Below are positions 1 through 13,500 of a stretch of 64,000 nt of DNA, piece by piece. Origin of the DNA: Albugo candida. Taxonomy: Eukaryota. Where the stretch lies: contig JBDOQK010000038.1 of NCBI GenBank assembly GCA_040437565.1, positions 62,001 through 126,000 of the forward strand. The letters run 5' to 3'. The notes under the pieces were generated by a model. That model was given only the letters and a program-made list of their open reading frames with translations. It had not been told where the DNA came from and did no database searches. The position numbers and the translations under genes were made by a program. Numbering within the stretch: position 1 is the first letter of the stretch; every line of letters starts with the position of its first letter.

Positions 1-697
1 AGCTGTCCGTTTTCTTTTTTCACTGAAGAAGTGTGTAATTCCTTTCGGCCACGCATCATATTCGGATAGCAACGTACATTATCTTCTTCCAACTGAGAGG
101 AATATAACGACTGATAGCAGCCCCTACAAGAATACCGAACCAACAAAAGAAGATGCTATGTTGTGTTCCACTACAAGTTTTGATTCTTTTGAGCGTATTA
201 TTATCGTGAAACCGTTTCGTATGTAAAGGCTAACATTTGGGGTGGGAGATAAAATAGTTTAGAATTGACTTGGGTTATTAGACGACTGGCTTCTACCGTT
301 CTTAAATGCTGGTCGTTTATGACACAATGAGAGTCTGAGTGTCATTTCATACCTCAAGAACTGCTTTCGTGCTCTAGCTTTGGAGAGCGCCACTGTGTTG
401 GAAACGAGGGCAAATAAGTGCTGTGAGACGCTGTCAATACGAGTCGATAGTTTTTTGCTGAAAACTGTGCTACGGAGACTATCGTCCAACGCCTTCTACT
501 GGTACATTGAACAATACTCCGTGTGCAGAAGCAACAAACGTGGATATACGTGTGTATATATCTGTTTACTCGATCCCAGAGCGGAGAAGAAGAACATTCG
601 TCATGGAAAGTGGTTGGTCGCGTGCGTAAAGGGACTTCATACAATAAAAGACATGATGTTTCTTGGCAAATTGTTTCATTTGCAAAAGCAAGACACC

Positions 698-1295
698 TCA
701 CTTCTTAAATCTACCTGTACGATTCCCAGCTGTGACTTTATGAGACGCCATGATGTAATGGAATTTGTCCATTCCACTACAATGATTCGAGTTGTACTCG
801 TACATGAAGTATGGACCGTTCGTTTCAGCAATACAATTTTCACTAGACTGAAACATGGTAAAATTGATTTGAGGATCGTCTGCAGGAAGAAATGTCACAT
901 TCTGGAGCAGTTCTCCTTTATTCAAGCAAATAAGAGCCTTTTTTCAGATTGCTCACACTGTTGTTCAGTGTAACATCCTTCTGTTGCCATGATACTAGGA
1001 TGTTCCATAAATGCTGTTTCCAGCCTCATCAGTAAACTCTGCCGTGTCAATCTTCACATTAAAGAATTCGCATGTGACTTTTGGGGGTGAGCTATGTTCC
1101 ATGACGTTGTATGAATTTGCATCAAATAACGCCATCGAAAGGGCAGTGTCGCACATGAAGGGGTTGTCTGCAATTATCTACGCGTAATTCCAGTGATCGG
1201 GATATTGATCGCGCTACCCGGGTAACGAGTGCCATGTTTCGGTGTAGTGCCAATTAGCGAAAGGATGCTATGATATGGAAATATGGGTTCGACAT
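698..1295 (-). pseudogene. Frameshifted paralogue (A1) of the secreted cysteine-rich PAN/apple-like family
   Basis: ATG at 1295 reads MSNPYFHII and then hits a stop. Other frames give SLIGTTPKHGTRYP, IIADNPFMCDTALSMALFDANSYN and NKGELLQNVTF...SENCIAETNGPY...GNRTGRFKK*, all collinear with the intact 9909-10532 protein. Confidence 0.85.
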
Positions 1296-2170
1296 TTAGA
1301 TGGTTGTTGTTGTTGATCTTGAGAGAATCTTGAAGAGCGAGGTAACATTGTCTAGACATTGTGCGCATTGGGTGAGCAATAAAAAGGTCTGGAACATTGA
1401 CGTTGTCAGTATAGAAAATTGAATTCGTGGGTTACAAATGTATGAAATGCAAAGTAAAGTGAATACGTACTCAAATGGTATAGAGCATGCTCACCTAAAT
1501 ATTGCTGGAATCTAGTTTTATCAAGTGATTACTCAAAATGCTCTGTATAAGTCATGAGTGATGTTATTACTTGTAACAACAACCAATAAGAGCTGGTAAA
1601 ATGGGAAGGAAGAATCGGATTGTGAATATGCGAATTTTGATCTTTTATATGGTATGCGTACGTAATTGGGCTGGTATTGGGTATGCATTTTCGTTGGTAT
1701 AGATAATACCGTAAACAAAATGGCTTTTCGTCCGTAAGTACACGGAAATGGGCTCATTTTTTCTTCAAGTTGAGGGGGAAGTAACACAGCTACGTAATAT
1801 TACATATGTTCATAGAGTATTTGATATATATATATACGTTGCTCCCTTTTCTCTTTTACCGTAAAGAAGGAAAGTTATGTGAGAAGAGAAATGTTGGAAG
1901 CGTTTCGTATTTGTAGCGAAGGAAGATGACATCTCCGAGTGTATTCAAAGTAATAAGTACCAGACGACGATAAGTAAGCGAAGAAATCATTAGAGGTGGT
2001 TTCATTATTTGAAGTAGGAGAAGGCTCTCGATAAGTTACATCGTCAGCATCTGACAAAGCATAACATAACCATAATGTGATTTTTAATTTATCGATCTGC
2101 GTGAATGAAGGTGTGGGTCAAAGAATTATGCAGAAAGCGGAAGAAGAATAGTGCGTGCTGAATGCTTCGC
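1296..2170 (-). promoter_or_regulatory. Conserved upstream cassette of the gene family (A1 copy)
   Basis: Blocks CATGCTCACCTAAATATTGCTGGA, ATCAAGTG, GGCTTTTCGTCCG, GATGACATCTCCGAG, CGTCAGCATCTGA and GTGTGGGTC recur in the same order upstream of the other paralogues. A regulatory function is inferred. Confidence 0.55.
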
Positions 2171-2849
2171 GAAAGTCCCGACATCGATACCGGTCGACTA
2201 CTGTATACAAAATTAACATAATTCACTACTGTGTATTGCACTTAAGCAGGCACTTACGAAGCTAGTGTACGTACTTGAGTACTCACTACTACTAGGAAAC
2301 TTTGCCAAAAAAGCGCAAGAAATGTTTAAGTGAAGAGATATAATAGGAGTTACTGTATGCGCTACATGCAGTGTATGTTTCTTTCTGTGCCTAACGCTAC
2401 TATGTCTATGTGTAACACTTCAGATGATGTAATGTACTGGTTTCTTAGGACATTTACGGAAAAAAAGATTGTTTATTGGTCAACCGATTCTGTATTGCGG
2501 TAGCCTCAACCCGAAAAATATGAGACTGTTTCTAGCGTGTAAATGATAGAAAAGTTGGAACTGTCNNNNNNNNNNNNNNNNNNNNNNNNNNNNNNNNNNN
2601 NNNNNNNNNNNNNNNNNNNNNNNNNNNNNNNNNNNNNNNNNNNNNNNNNNNNNNNNNNNNNNNNNTGTAACACTTCAGATGATGTAATGTACTGGTTTCT
2701 TAGGACATTTACGGAAAAAAAGATTGTTTATTGGTCAACCGATTCTGTATTGCGGTAGCCTCAACCCGAAAAATATGAGACTGTTTCTAGCGTGTAAATG
2801 ATAGAAAAGTTGGAACTGTCGAAAAGAACCGTGTTATGCAAGCTGGCGT

Positions 2850-5800
2850 ACGCCACTCTAGGCGGTCCGGCGTCCTCCAGCTAGGACTAGGATCGGACTT
2901 GAAATTTGATTTGTGTGTGCCGTGCCTGCAGCATTGATCTTCGACTACTGATAACACCACCAAATGATCTGTACGTTGCGTGTTTATCAAACGATTTAGC
3001 AAGACGAATGCGTTCGCCTTGATCGTAAAACTGTCCTCGAAAGTACCGAACATGTGCACTAAGCTTGTTGTAGATCACGGAAAGTGCTGTAAGTGTCGGC
3101 GTTGCTCATCGCCAATGTAACAAACGACGATTCCGATCGTTCCAGACAAAATGCAGCGTCACCGCTTGCAATGCAAGACATAAATCGGATATAATATGCT
3201 GCTAATCTTTCCAATCTGGTTGTATTGTTGTCACAATTCCAACGTGGTAGAGAGAAAAACAACTGATCCAAGTAGGCTGCATCTCCCTCCATAATTTTCC
3301 TGTGTGATCGCACTAAAGAAAAAAGTCTTAATCGGATTCCACTGTGCCAAAAGAAGGCTGCGTGCTTAAGATAATATCGGGCTGAATGTTCTAACTCATA
3401 TCGAATCCAGTGCGTCCGATCTCTCCCGTAGTGGCCAAATTGTCAACACCGGATGACTCTTGTCAGTTCGGGAGGTTCCCAGACGATTCGTGAGAGTTGA
3501 GAGCGTGGAATAGATGGAACATAAGGTTTCCACGCCTCTCTTTGCGCTCACACATAAAACCATCTGCCGCCATTATTTAGTTAAATCCAAGTGATGAGTT
3601 CAATCGTCGAGTAGATACGCTGGTGTCTCTGAGTGACTTTATTGGAAACTTAACTTAACGAATTTCCTTCAGCCCTATCCGACGTGCTCAGCTCTTCGTC
3701 GTTGTAACACATGTCGACTAAATCTTCCTACGTGGATAATGTATCAGTTTCTCGATAAAAGTCTTGGGGACTTCGAATTTCGAAGAGAGTAGCCAACGAT
3801 TTCCGATACGTCTAGTTTTGTTCGTCCACCATTCTAAAATTGTACCAAACGTTTTGCGTACTCGGATTACGAATTGCAGCTTAGTAATGAAATGTCTCGT
3901 CACGGTGGATCTATATCTCTTGTTTCATGAAGTACTGACGGCTTTCGAGAACTGTCTAGTCTGGGATGCCACATTTCAAACCCACATTTTAACGAAGAAG
4001 GGGTGCTGTCCCATTGAATTTTTTTCTCATGTCGATATTCTGAATATGTCCATCGGATTGTGTGATTCAAAGGAGGTTGAAAAAGCTGTAATAATTCCGT
4101 CGAAGAAGTTATCCAATTTTCGGAATGGGAACTGCTGAAGGAATGAATGCGTTGTACTTTCGGTCGTCCCATTGAGAAAGGAACCTGTAGTCTAGCATTT
4201 TGTCTTCAGATATAAAAAGGGTTTGTTGAGTAGGCGAACGTGTTTTAAATCGGTTTGTGTGTCCGACCAAGCATGAGTCGATTTATCATTGACTGGCAGT
4301 GTCAAATAGTCTCTGCTAGTATGTCCGCGTTCATCGTGTAATGCCACAGACTTGATAAAGGCATCGTCTGCGCAATCAGTAGTCGGCCCCAGACATTTCG
4401 TGCACGTCAAAACCATACACGAAAGCCATCGTAAAAACGCTTGTCGGAAGTTATCAAGCAGAACGGAATAGCCAAATACTTGACCAAATTCCCCGGGCCC
4501 ATGATGGGTAAATTGGGAATACGTGAACACGGTATGGTCCTAGTCAACAGAGTATAAATGATTTATTTTTCGCCCCAGAAACATCGTAATGGACTTGAAC
4601 GAGTTAGAGTTCCGTCATAGACCATTGGATGTCTCTAAAAGCAATGTTGAATAGTCGGAAAGAAAAAAAACTTTAGTAGCGACAGGCGTTCCATTGATCC
4701 AAATTCCATGTTCTTCATGTTGACGAGGTAGATTTTCTAAAGGGTTCTGTAAACATCAGAAAGAGTAATGCTGAGAGAGGATCGTCTATTTTTAGTCAAC
4801 GTTGTGTTCTAATAGACGGTGTGAGATTCCCATTAATCAATAATTGCGCCTTCTTGTTGCTTTACAGAAGACCAACCCAGTCGATAAATTTTGTCCAACG
4901 CCCAATATTTCCAAACGCGAAACATTTACATCCTATTGACTCAAGAATAAGCTTGCTTAAATTCGAGAAAAGTCGAATATGCTTACTCCCCAGGATGAGC
5001 TACCGAGTCTGCATGTCGGTGAGATGTCGGAATACATGATGCATCCATCGTCGTCGCATAAATGCTTTTTGATCTTCATTAAATCAATTTTCGCAACATG
5101 CGTTGCAATGGATGCGCCAATACTTTCTAACTTGCTTTCAAATCAGCGCAAAGTAGTTTGATCGATCGATAGTTGACAGGATCACCTCTTGATCCTCTTT
5201 TGTACAATAATGGTATAGCCGCGTGACGTGGTAATTGAGGTGAGATAACTCTTTCCAGATGATATTCAAACACGATCTTCCGACACTCGACAAACGTGTC
5301 CGGATATAGGTGATAAAACGCAGCTGGTAATGCATCCATACCTGCAGAAGAACTACTCCGCATGTGCTTGATTGCTTCCTCCCTCTCGGTCGTACTTCAG
5401 CGAGTTGAAAGACAGTCTAGCATTTTGGACGCAAGGAAAACCGAAATTGAATCCAGTAACTATTTTTTATTATTTGCACACGGATCAGTGGAGCTGGTCT
5501 TGGAGTCGTAGCAAGGGCCCATGTCACCACCACCTGATTTCTGCATTCATCAATATTCTCCCTCGGGTTAGATGTCACGGTGACCCTTTTTTGGTGACAT
5601 TTTGTTCGCCGCCCGGCGGTAAAACTGACCGGTGGTGAATAAGATGCTTCGAAGAGTTCTTTGTATCCTTTACATGATCGTCGAAATTCTCATCTTCGTT
5701 GTATATGGCGTTCTTTTCAAACACATCATTGTAATATGTTGCGGATTATAGACACTGGATACGATTCGCTTCCCTTTCAGCAGTTTCAAGGTCGAGATTC

Positions 5801-5900
5801 TGAATTTGGCAAGATTCAATTTGTAAAAATGCCGTGTCTGAATGGTGGCTTTAGAGTGATGTCGAGATGCTGGGGCTTCCAAAAGACACTGGGAGACTCA
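2850..5900 (-). mobile_element. Decayed L1/Tx1-like non-LTR retrotransposon (RT region)
   Basis: Fragments SSSAGMDALPAAFY and IPLLYKRGSRGDPVNYRSIKLLCADLK are typical LINE RT motifs. Many stops and frameshifts. Collinear with 12700-15900. Boundaries approximate. Confidence 0.8.
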
Positions 5901-7133
5901 ACATCATGACTAGTCATTTAAGCTATTCCAAAAGATAGTTTGTCTGAGAAGGCAAGCTGTGGGTGGACGGGAAGATCAGCATACCTGAGGCACTGGAAGG
6001 CTACCTACTCCGGCGGGCAATAACATTACATTAGATTTAAAGAATTAAATTCATCCCAGTTGAGATGCTACTTGCTATGAAGGGGCGAATTTTTGGGTGA
6101 AAATCGCGTATCGTTCCTTAGAAATAAAGGTTAGGCTTAAATGAGTACGTCCGTAACCGGTAGGACTTTCGAGTCTGCGAAGGTTCCTGGAGACAGCATT
6201 TCGCTCCCAGCTGACAAAGAAGAGCTCGCCGTTACGCCTTAATTTTATCATATCTGGAAATGATATAAGGCACGAGCGAATTGAGCCAATACCAACGTGG
6301 ATGGTAAGTTCGTTGACAGGTCAGCGTGTATTGCAATGCTCTGATTATCGTCCGCATGTACGACTGCATTCAAACCCCTTTGTTGATGCTAAACACATAA
6401 GAGAAACTCCAGTTTCACCTCTTTAGACAAAATTGGCTAAAAAAAGCGTTCAAGACAAAACATCAACTCCAAAAAGGTGATCAGTAGACGATAAAGTCAG
6501 GACAGTATCGTACTTGCAAACCTATTGCTTGAGTTTAATGGAAAATGAGTACCGTGTGTTTGCAATTTGCGGCCACGCTGAATCCAACTGAGATATTAGT
6601 GAGATCGTAGAGGCTGTGTTCGTAATTCCTATTACATAGGAATTAGTTTCCAAAGATTCTCTTCTTATACTTCTGTGCATAGAATTCCTTCTGATACAAC
6701 TGAGATTGTAATTCAACCAGATAACGCGATAAGTCAATGCTCTAGGATGCAAAGGGCGCTATGCCATTATCAGAGCACCTAGTAACAGAATATAGTATCT
6801 CCTTTGATAATCAACAATCTCCCGCGCTATGAACGATCAATAATACTACGGGTCTTGTATTAATTTGTGTGACGAGAAGCTTTTTCAGTAAGAGCTCCAG
6901 TGTCACACTTCACACTATTGAGTGTGTAGTTTATGTCTGTGCAGAGTTTTGAATCATCAGAACCTCAAGTCGCTTTGCTAGACACAGGAACGGTACTACA
7001 GACAAAATGATCACTTATACATATGGATCACCATGCGAATTACGTCGCGTCCTGATGGGAGGTAGTGACTATCTTCTACATTCGTTAGATCACATTCACG
7101 AATGTGTATTAGCACATTTACACATTGAATTAA

Positions 7134-8073
7134 GGGAAATGTTATATTCACTCCCTTTTTGGTTAAATTCACCCTTTTAAGTCAGGTGGTACACATAATT
7201 ATACTATGTGTGCTTTTTATTATATTTAGGGAATTGTCAGATTCACTACCTTTTGGGTCACGTGACCCATATTATTATACATTCAAGCATAATACAAAGC
7301 TACCAGCTCAAAATTTCGCATTGCCAATCTTTTGATTTTTCACTACTACCTTATCTTTATATCGTTGTGAAGAATTGAATACGATCGGTCTAAAAAATGC
7401 CCGATATACTCGAGAACGATACGTAATGCTCATAGTTCTTGTACGATCGCTATGATCTTCTCAAATAGAGGCTGATCAGAATGGGCCGACGCAAAACCAA
7501 GCTTTTATTTTCTACAAAGAACGAACAGTAAGATTGCGGTGTCAAATCTATTGCAAGACCGATTGTTTGAGAATAAAGTCAACACGAAACAAATTTAAGT
7601 CTCGTGGTAATATATTTACTTTTATGCAAAGATAAGCAAATAGCTACAAAAAACTATGATCTCAGGGAAAGGATTTACTGATTCTTGTTTGCGAAATGTG
7701 TCGGTCTAGTACACAATCTTTATATCTCCCCGCTAGGACGCTCACACTCGTTTAGTAGCGCATGAAGTCCCTCGGACAAATGTAGGCGATCTTGTGGGGC
7801 GTATAGCGGATAGTAATTAAGTTGGTAGAGCAACAGTGATCACATCATTTTTTTACGTTTACGAACTTTTCAAAAAAAGGTGAAGTCGACCCAATCGATT
7901 CAATTTCCAGTGATCATTCCTATCAGGGAGTTTCATCAAATCATCGGTATGCTCGCATAAAACCTGGGTGTGACACATAAAGAAGACGATAATGTTTGAA
8001 TGTACAATAATGTGGGTCACGTGACTTAAAAGGGAGTAAATCTAACTGAAAAGGAGTGAATATAACAATTTCC
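7134..8073. mobile_element. Non-autonomous TIR element (MITE), PIF/Harbinger-Tourist-like
   Basis: Imperfect TIRs of about 65 bp (GGGAAATGTTATATTCACTCC... and ...GGAGTGAATATAACAATTTCC) with TAA on both sides (7131-7133, 8074-8076). Absent from the paralogous site near 19415-19430. Confidence 0.8.
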
Positions 8074-8663
8074 TAATTTGAAAACTCATTATGTATCAGA
8101 TCTTGTAGGAACTGTTGTTCGTTGTTTTTCTCGCCTCGACACTGACGTTGTACTCTCTGTAAAGCCGGTAAAATGAAATACCAAATCTAGTCTTAGTACC
8201 TCTAAAGTTCCATTCGGCAATCGATTCCAGATATTTACGCCAAAAATTGACTGCGTAAAGTTACAAACTAACAGCTTTGCTGCGTAAACATTAGTTGTTT
8301 ATCGCTCGTACCTAGCCCTTACCCCGTTTACATAAAATTTCAAATACAATGAATGATGCACATTATCTCATATGGAAGGGTTTCTCTCCCACTTTGCATT
8401 TTTTGGTGTAGCAAGGCCGATGGGGCTGGAGCTCATTTTCAAATTTATCATCAACCACAATGCTGGCTATAAAGAAACTCGTTGGCTATATGTGGCATTC
8501 CATCCTATTAATGCGCTTAATATGCCTCTCTTCCTCAGGCCTTCAAAAAGCGAAGAATNNNNNNNNNNNNNNNNNNNNNNNNNNNNNNNNNNNNNNNNNN
8601 NNNNNNNNNNNNNNNNNNNNNNNNNNNNNNNNNNNNNNNNNNNNNNNNNNNNNNNNNNGACGT

Positions 8664-8890
8664 AGTGTTGATGTGACATCTGAATCAACAACTAATGGAT
8701 CAGAATTGGAACTTCACTCTCTGTATATCAATAAACAATGATAGCAATACATAGCTGCCTGCTAATAGGTAAGAAAATTGTAAAAGTTAACGAGATAGTA
8801 GCTCGTTTGCATGGATCAAAGCCGTGCGTCCCCACCCATACGATGAAATTAATCACTAACAACAAATAATTGGGATTTCTTATCACGAAA
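8664..8890 (+). repeat. Diverged direct repeat of ~12224-12450
   Basis: GTTGATGTGACATCTGAATCAACAACTAATGGATCAG...AACAATGATAGCAAT...AATAGGTAA aligns with GTTGATATGACAGCTATATCAAAAACTAATGGATCAG...AACAATGATAGCAAT...AATAGGTAA. Confidence 0.7.
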
Positions 8891-9908
8891 CAGTAAACCG
8901 AACAAGAAAAACCCGAACCATATCTTTGAGATATAATTTGGTGCACTTATAAGCAAAAGCGAGGAGTCAACATAAGACGTATCGAATTTATTGCCATTAC
9001 TATCGCAACCTGACATCAGGTGAGGATTCCTACCGCGGAACGAAATAGGAAAATATAAAGATGTCCGTTGTTTCGTTTCACAGCATTATTTTGTATTCCC
9101 GTGCTAATCCGCATGGTATTATATGATGACAATGTATACCGCTTTCTGTCATTGGATGTAACGTTTTGACTCATTTTGCGCCATCATTTTGCAAGCTAAC
9201 AAAAAGATAGAAGAGGTTTTGTTTCTAAAATAGTGAGCATTCACCTATCTAATATTGTATCTCGCTTCGTGATGACTCACAGTCACACAGGACCGATAGC
9301 TACATGGATTAGCTTCTTTCAAGTGACAGTAAGATTACGACAGATAGCAACACCTTTAACCTTTAAAGATACCGAAACAAAGAAACACAACGCTGCTTTC
9401 TCTTACTGTAAAAGTATTGCTTCTATCGGACGTATGATAGTTGTGAAACCTTCGCCTCTGTGAAGTCTTGCAAATTGGGGTGAGAAATATACAAGTTTGA
9501 AATTGACTTGAACCATTGGACAACTCTGGCTTAACCGTTGTTCCAAATAGCTCGTTCATGACGCAATGAGAAGCAGAGTGAAGTGTGATAGCACAGGAAC
9601 TGCTGTCATGTACAGGCTTTGGTGGGCGCCACTGTGTTAGGAAAACGAGGAGTGACCTCTGTGATACTTTGTCAAAGCGAGTCAATAGACTATCGTTCTA
9701 CGTCTTTTACTGACCCAGTATCAATATTGCGCGCCAAGAATCAACAAACGCGGAGGGAACGCTTTGTATCTATGTCCATTTTGATCCAAAAGCGGACAAG
9801 AAGAAGGTCTGTTTGAAAGTTTGGTTGGTTGCGTGCGTAAAGAGACTAATACAAGACAAAGACATGATTTTTTTTGGAAAATTGTCTCATTTGCAAAGAT
9901 TGGACACC

Positions 9909-10532
9909 TCACTTCTCAAATCTACTCGTACGATTCCCAGATGTGAAACCATCACAGGCAACGATAGAATGAATCTTGTCCATTTCAAGACAAAGTTTTG
10001 TTGTGTCTTCGTACCTGATGTATGGACCCTTCGATTCAGCAATACAATTTTCAAGAGACGGAGAGTATGTGATGTTGAACGGAAATCCGTCTTTATAAAG
10101 GAACGCCACATTCCGGAACAGGTTCCCTTTATTCTCGCAAGTGGGAGTTGCCAATTTATTAGTCTGCTCACACTGTGTTCCAGTGCTACATCCATTTATT
10201 GTGGTAAAACCAGGGTCAATTTTCGGAAATTCTTCTCCGTAAATACTGCTTCCTGCTCCAGTAGTAAACTCTGCTTTGCCGGTGTCCACGTTAAAGAATT
10301 CGCATTTGACTTTTTCCCCTAGGCTTGTTTCAAGGATGTTGTATGCATTCGCACCTAACACCTCCATTGAAAGGACATTGTCGCACATGCAGACGTTGTC
10401 TGCAAGTATTGTAAGCATACTTTCAGGGTTCGTGATTCTGACTGAGGTGTGAGGATAACGAGTGACATGTTTCGGCGTAATGCCCGTTAGAGAAAGAATG
10501 ATTGAAATGACTTGGAAATTCCGGTTGGACAT
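9909..10532 (-). CDS. Putative secreted cysteine-rich protein, 207 aa (A2), degenerate PAN/apple-like
   Basis: Intact ORF with a hydrophobic N-terminus (FQVISIILSLTG), the family motif CD...GANAY...C.FF, a C-terminal GFTSG and 9 Cys. An Inr-like TCATTCT lies ~35-40 nt upstream of the ATG. Confidence 0.8.
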   Translation of the reverse strand: MSNRNFQVISIILSLTGITPKHVTRYPHTSVRITNPESMLTILADNVCMCDNVLSMEVLGANAYNILETSLGEKVKCEFFNVDTGKAEFTTGAGSSIYGEEFPKIDPGFTTINGCSTGTQCEQTNKLATPTCENKGNLFRNVAFLYKDGFPFNITYSPSLENCIAESKGPYIRYEDTTKLCLEMDKIHSIVACDGFTSGNRTSRFEK

Positions 10533-10559
10533 TGCGATGGTTGTTGTGCTCTTGAGATG

Positions 10560-10580
10560 TGATCAAAGAATGAGATAACG
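10560..10580 (-). promoter_or_regulatory. Oomycete Inr-like element of A2
   Basis: Minus strand reads CGTTATCTCATTCTTTGATC, matching YCAYTYY at the same position as in the paralogues. Confidence 0.55.
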
Positions 10581-13500
10581 TCGTGTCTGCCAAGCGCGTG
10601 GGTGGCCAAGAAACATACGGTTTGAAAAGTTACAAGCTTCTGGTATAGTACATCAACTCCGTGACTCACAAACGTATTTATACAAGAGACAGTATGTAAG
10701 TGTTAGTGTGCTCGCCCAAATACAAAAGCTGTGTATAAAATGCATGATCATTATTCAAACCATGTTTGGAACGCCTAGCAATTATTAAGGGTGACATGAC
10801 AAGAAATGGTAGTATTGTAAATGTTAAAGACATGTTTTCCTTTAGAGTATGAAAACACTTGAGTTAGTAATGTTTACCGTGTCGGGCTGGTAATGATTAC
10901 ATTTTTGGTTGGTAATGGGCACGTACTTGGGTTGGCAATTATTTGCACGGTATGAAATCTGGCATTTACTGCTACATAATAGGAAATAGGGCGCAATTTT
11001 GCTTTATTTAGAAATCCGGTACGAGAGTAACTCTTCATACAATCATGCAAATAGATTCTGGCTGTTTTACACGTGCTCGGTTATGTCTTTTTTCATAAAA
11101 GAAGCGAAGTAAGATAGAAGAGGAACATTCATGCCACAGAGAGCCACAGTCCGCAAGTGGTTTATTCATATATCAACTACAGGAATGGTCATAAGTATGC
11201 GATGAAAGCGTAAAAATTGTTTTCACATTTTGAAATAAGAGAACGCTACCGTTGTGTAAATATAACCAATCATCTGATATCGCAGAAAGAATCAAATGTC
11301 AAGTGCGATATTAGTGTGTGTTTGCTTGTGATTATGGTTCCGAGAACATCGTCGAACGCGGAGGGAAAATAGCACGTGACGAGTCGTCAGACGAGAGCGG
11401 TGTTGTTTCCGTCTCTTATGTTTGTCTTCAATGCTACTTAGGTTATAGGGAATTTATCGATGAGATCCTTCAACTTATATTCTCAACTACTGATCAATTT
11501 TCGAATCCGGAAAGGCGAAAAGCGACGACAAGAAGAAAAGCTTAATTCATTGGTGTGACACTGATACATTATCGTACCAATGCTAACGCATCCGATGCAA
11601 AGAGAACCGATAAAATACGGCAAACAATCATTAGGACCTACTCAACCGTGACAATTTCAAAAGGATTTATAAGAAGAATTGGTTATGATGACCACAATCT
11701 TCCAATTATAACGAATACTCACACGGAAAGCGCGACCTCTTAGCAAAAATTGTAGCTGCTGCATTGCTCAAAGTATCGCTCCCGACCAAACATGCATCAT
11801 TTTCTGATGGAATGGTCGCTCTGATATTGCTTTCGCTAAAGAAAAACAACTCTTTTTGGATGATACGGCTCACCTCTAAACTGGTCTTTTGCCCGCCAGC
11901 ATTCTCCAGCAGTTTGATCCACTCCTCTTTCCTTGAGTGTCTGTTGTACCGACTCTTTCGTTCCTCTTCCAAGGGATTTGAAGCAGCCTCACAGATCGCA
12001 AACAGTGCACTAACGTTTCCCTGCGGTGATAGTCGTCTTTACCACAAGGATTAGGATCGATATGCCATCACTCTTCTATTATGTTTAACCATCATTCATT
12101 ACACTAGGTGGACGCAAGCTATCGCTTAAGTGCGTGTTCTGAGAGTTTTCGTAAACATCATCACCATTTTTTATAAGCTCAAATGCTCATCTCCAAAATC
12201 AAGCACAGTAAAACAGAAGGAACGTTGATATGACAGCTATATCAAAAACTAATGGATCAGGGTTGGAACGTCGTTGTGTGTACACAAAGCAACAATGATA
12301 GCAATCCAAAGGTGACTTCTCCAATAGGTAAAAAATATAAAAGGAATCGACAAAGAAGCACATTTGTATGGATCAGGTAAGGGCCTCTATATCATTAAGA
12401 AATAATCACTGACTGCTCTGGATACCTAGTCTATGAAATAACAAATATACATATAAGAACGTTTTAAGAGAATAGCTGTGAAAGATGATAAAATGTCTTC
12501 TCGTCGAAAGCCCTGTATTGCGGTAGCCTCAATACCACCGGAGAACAAGACTGGGTCTATCGCGTAAGAATTTTACCACTTACCGTGATTTGCATGTGGA
12601 TGTTCCTAACACTAGGCTGAACAAAGTTATCCAAACAGTACTAAGCTTCGAGTTGCATCTCAACTTGCTGGTGCCGTACCTGAGTAATGATCTCAACTTC
12701 TGAAAAATCCTCGAATGATCCCTACGTTACGAGTTGATTCAGCGAGTAGAAAGCGGAATTCGTTCGTCTCGATCGTACACTATCTTCGAAAGTACCGCAT
12801 GTGCGCAGTGAACGCGGTATAAACCACGGAAAGTGCTGCAACTGTCGGAGTTGCTGATCTATGATCGAACAAACGACGATTCCAATATATATCCAGACGA
12901 AGTGTAATGTCCCACCTTGCAATGCAAGCCAAAAACCTGATATAATGTGCTGATATTATTCCAATGCCGGCCGTAATGCTGGCTAATTGCACATTCAATT
13001 TGTGACCAACGTGGTCGAGAGGAAAAAGTGATTCAAACGAGGTATTGTCTCCCTCTAAAATTGTGTAGTGCGATCGCACTCTAGAAAGAGATTTGATCGG
13101 ATTTCACTGTCCCACACGAAGACCGCGGTCACAAAATAATGGTGGGATGAACATTCTCTAAGATAAAGAAACGTGATCGAACTGGCAACATCCCAAAGGC
13201 CAGACGAAACTATATAGATCTTCGAAAATCGGTAAAGGCACGTATTCGAGGATACCGTGACGTAGCCATGAACGTTCCAACCGTTCTGAATCCAGTGCGT
13301 CCGATCTTTCCCGTGATGACGAATTTGTCAACAATCGGTCACACTTGGTTGATTGGAAAGGTTTCCGGACAATCCGTGACAGTTTAGAGTGTGAGATAAG
13401 CTGGGAATATAGCGAACTCTCCTTGCTTTGTACTCCCGCAGAAAATGGTCTACAACTTGTGTTTGGTTGAATATAAGTGATGAGACCAATTGTCGAGTGG

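Noticed and set aside
380-973. 197-aa + strand ORF, with a similar ORF at 9813-10322
   Set aside because: Antisense shadows of the A genes with non-ATG starts. Their similarity follows from the DNA duplication, and the frame is broken in the second copy.
2411-2820. Exact 155-bp direct repeat (2411-2565 / 2666-2820)
   Set aside because: The copies abut a 100-N gap and look identical, which indicates an unmerged contig overlap and not a tandem duplication.
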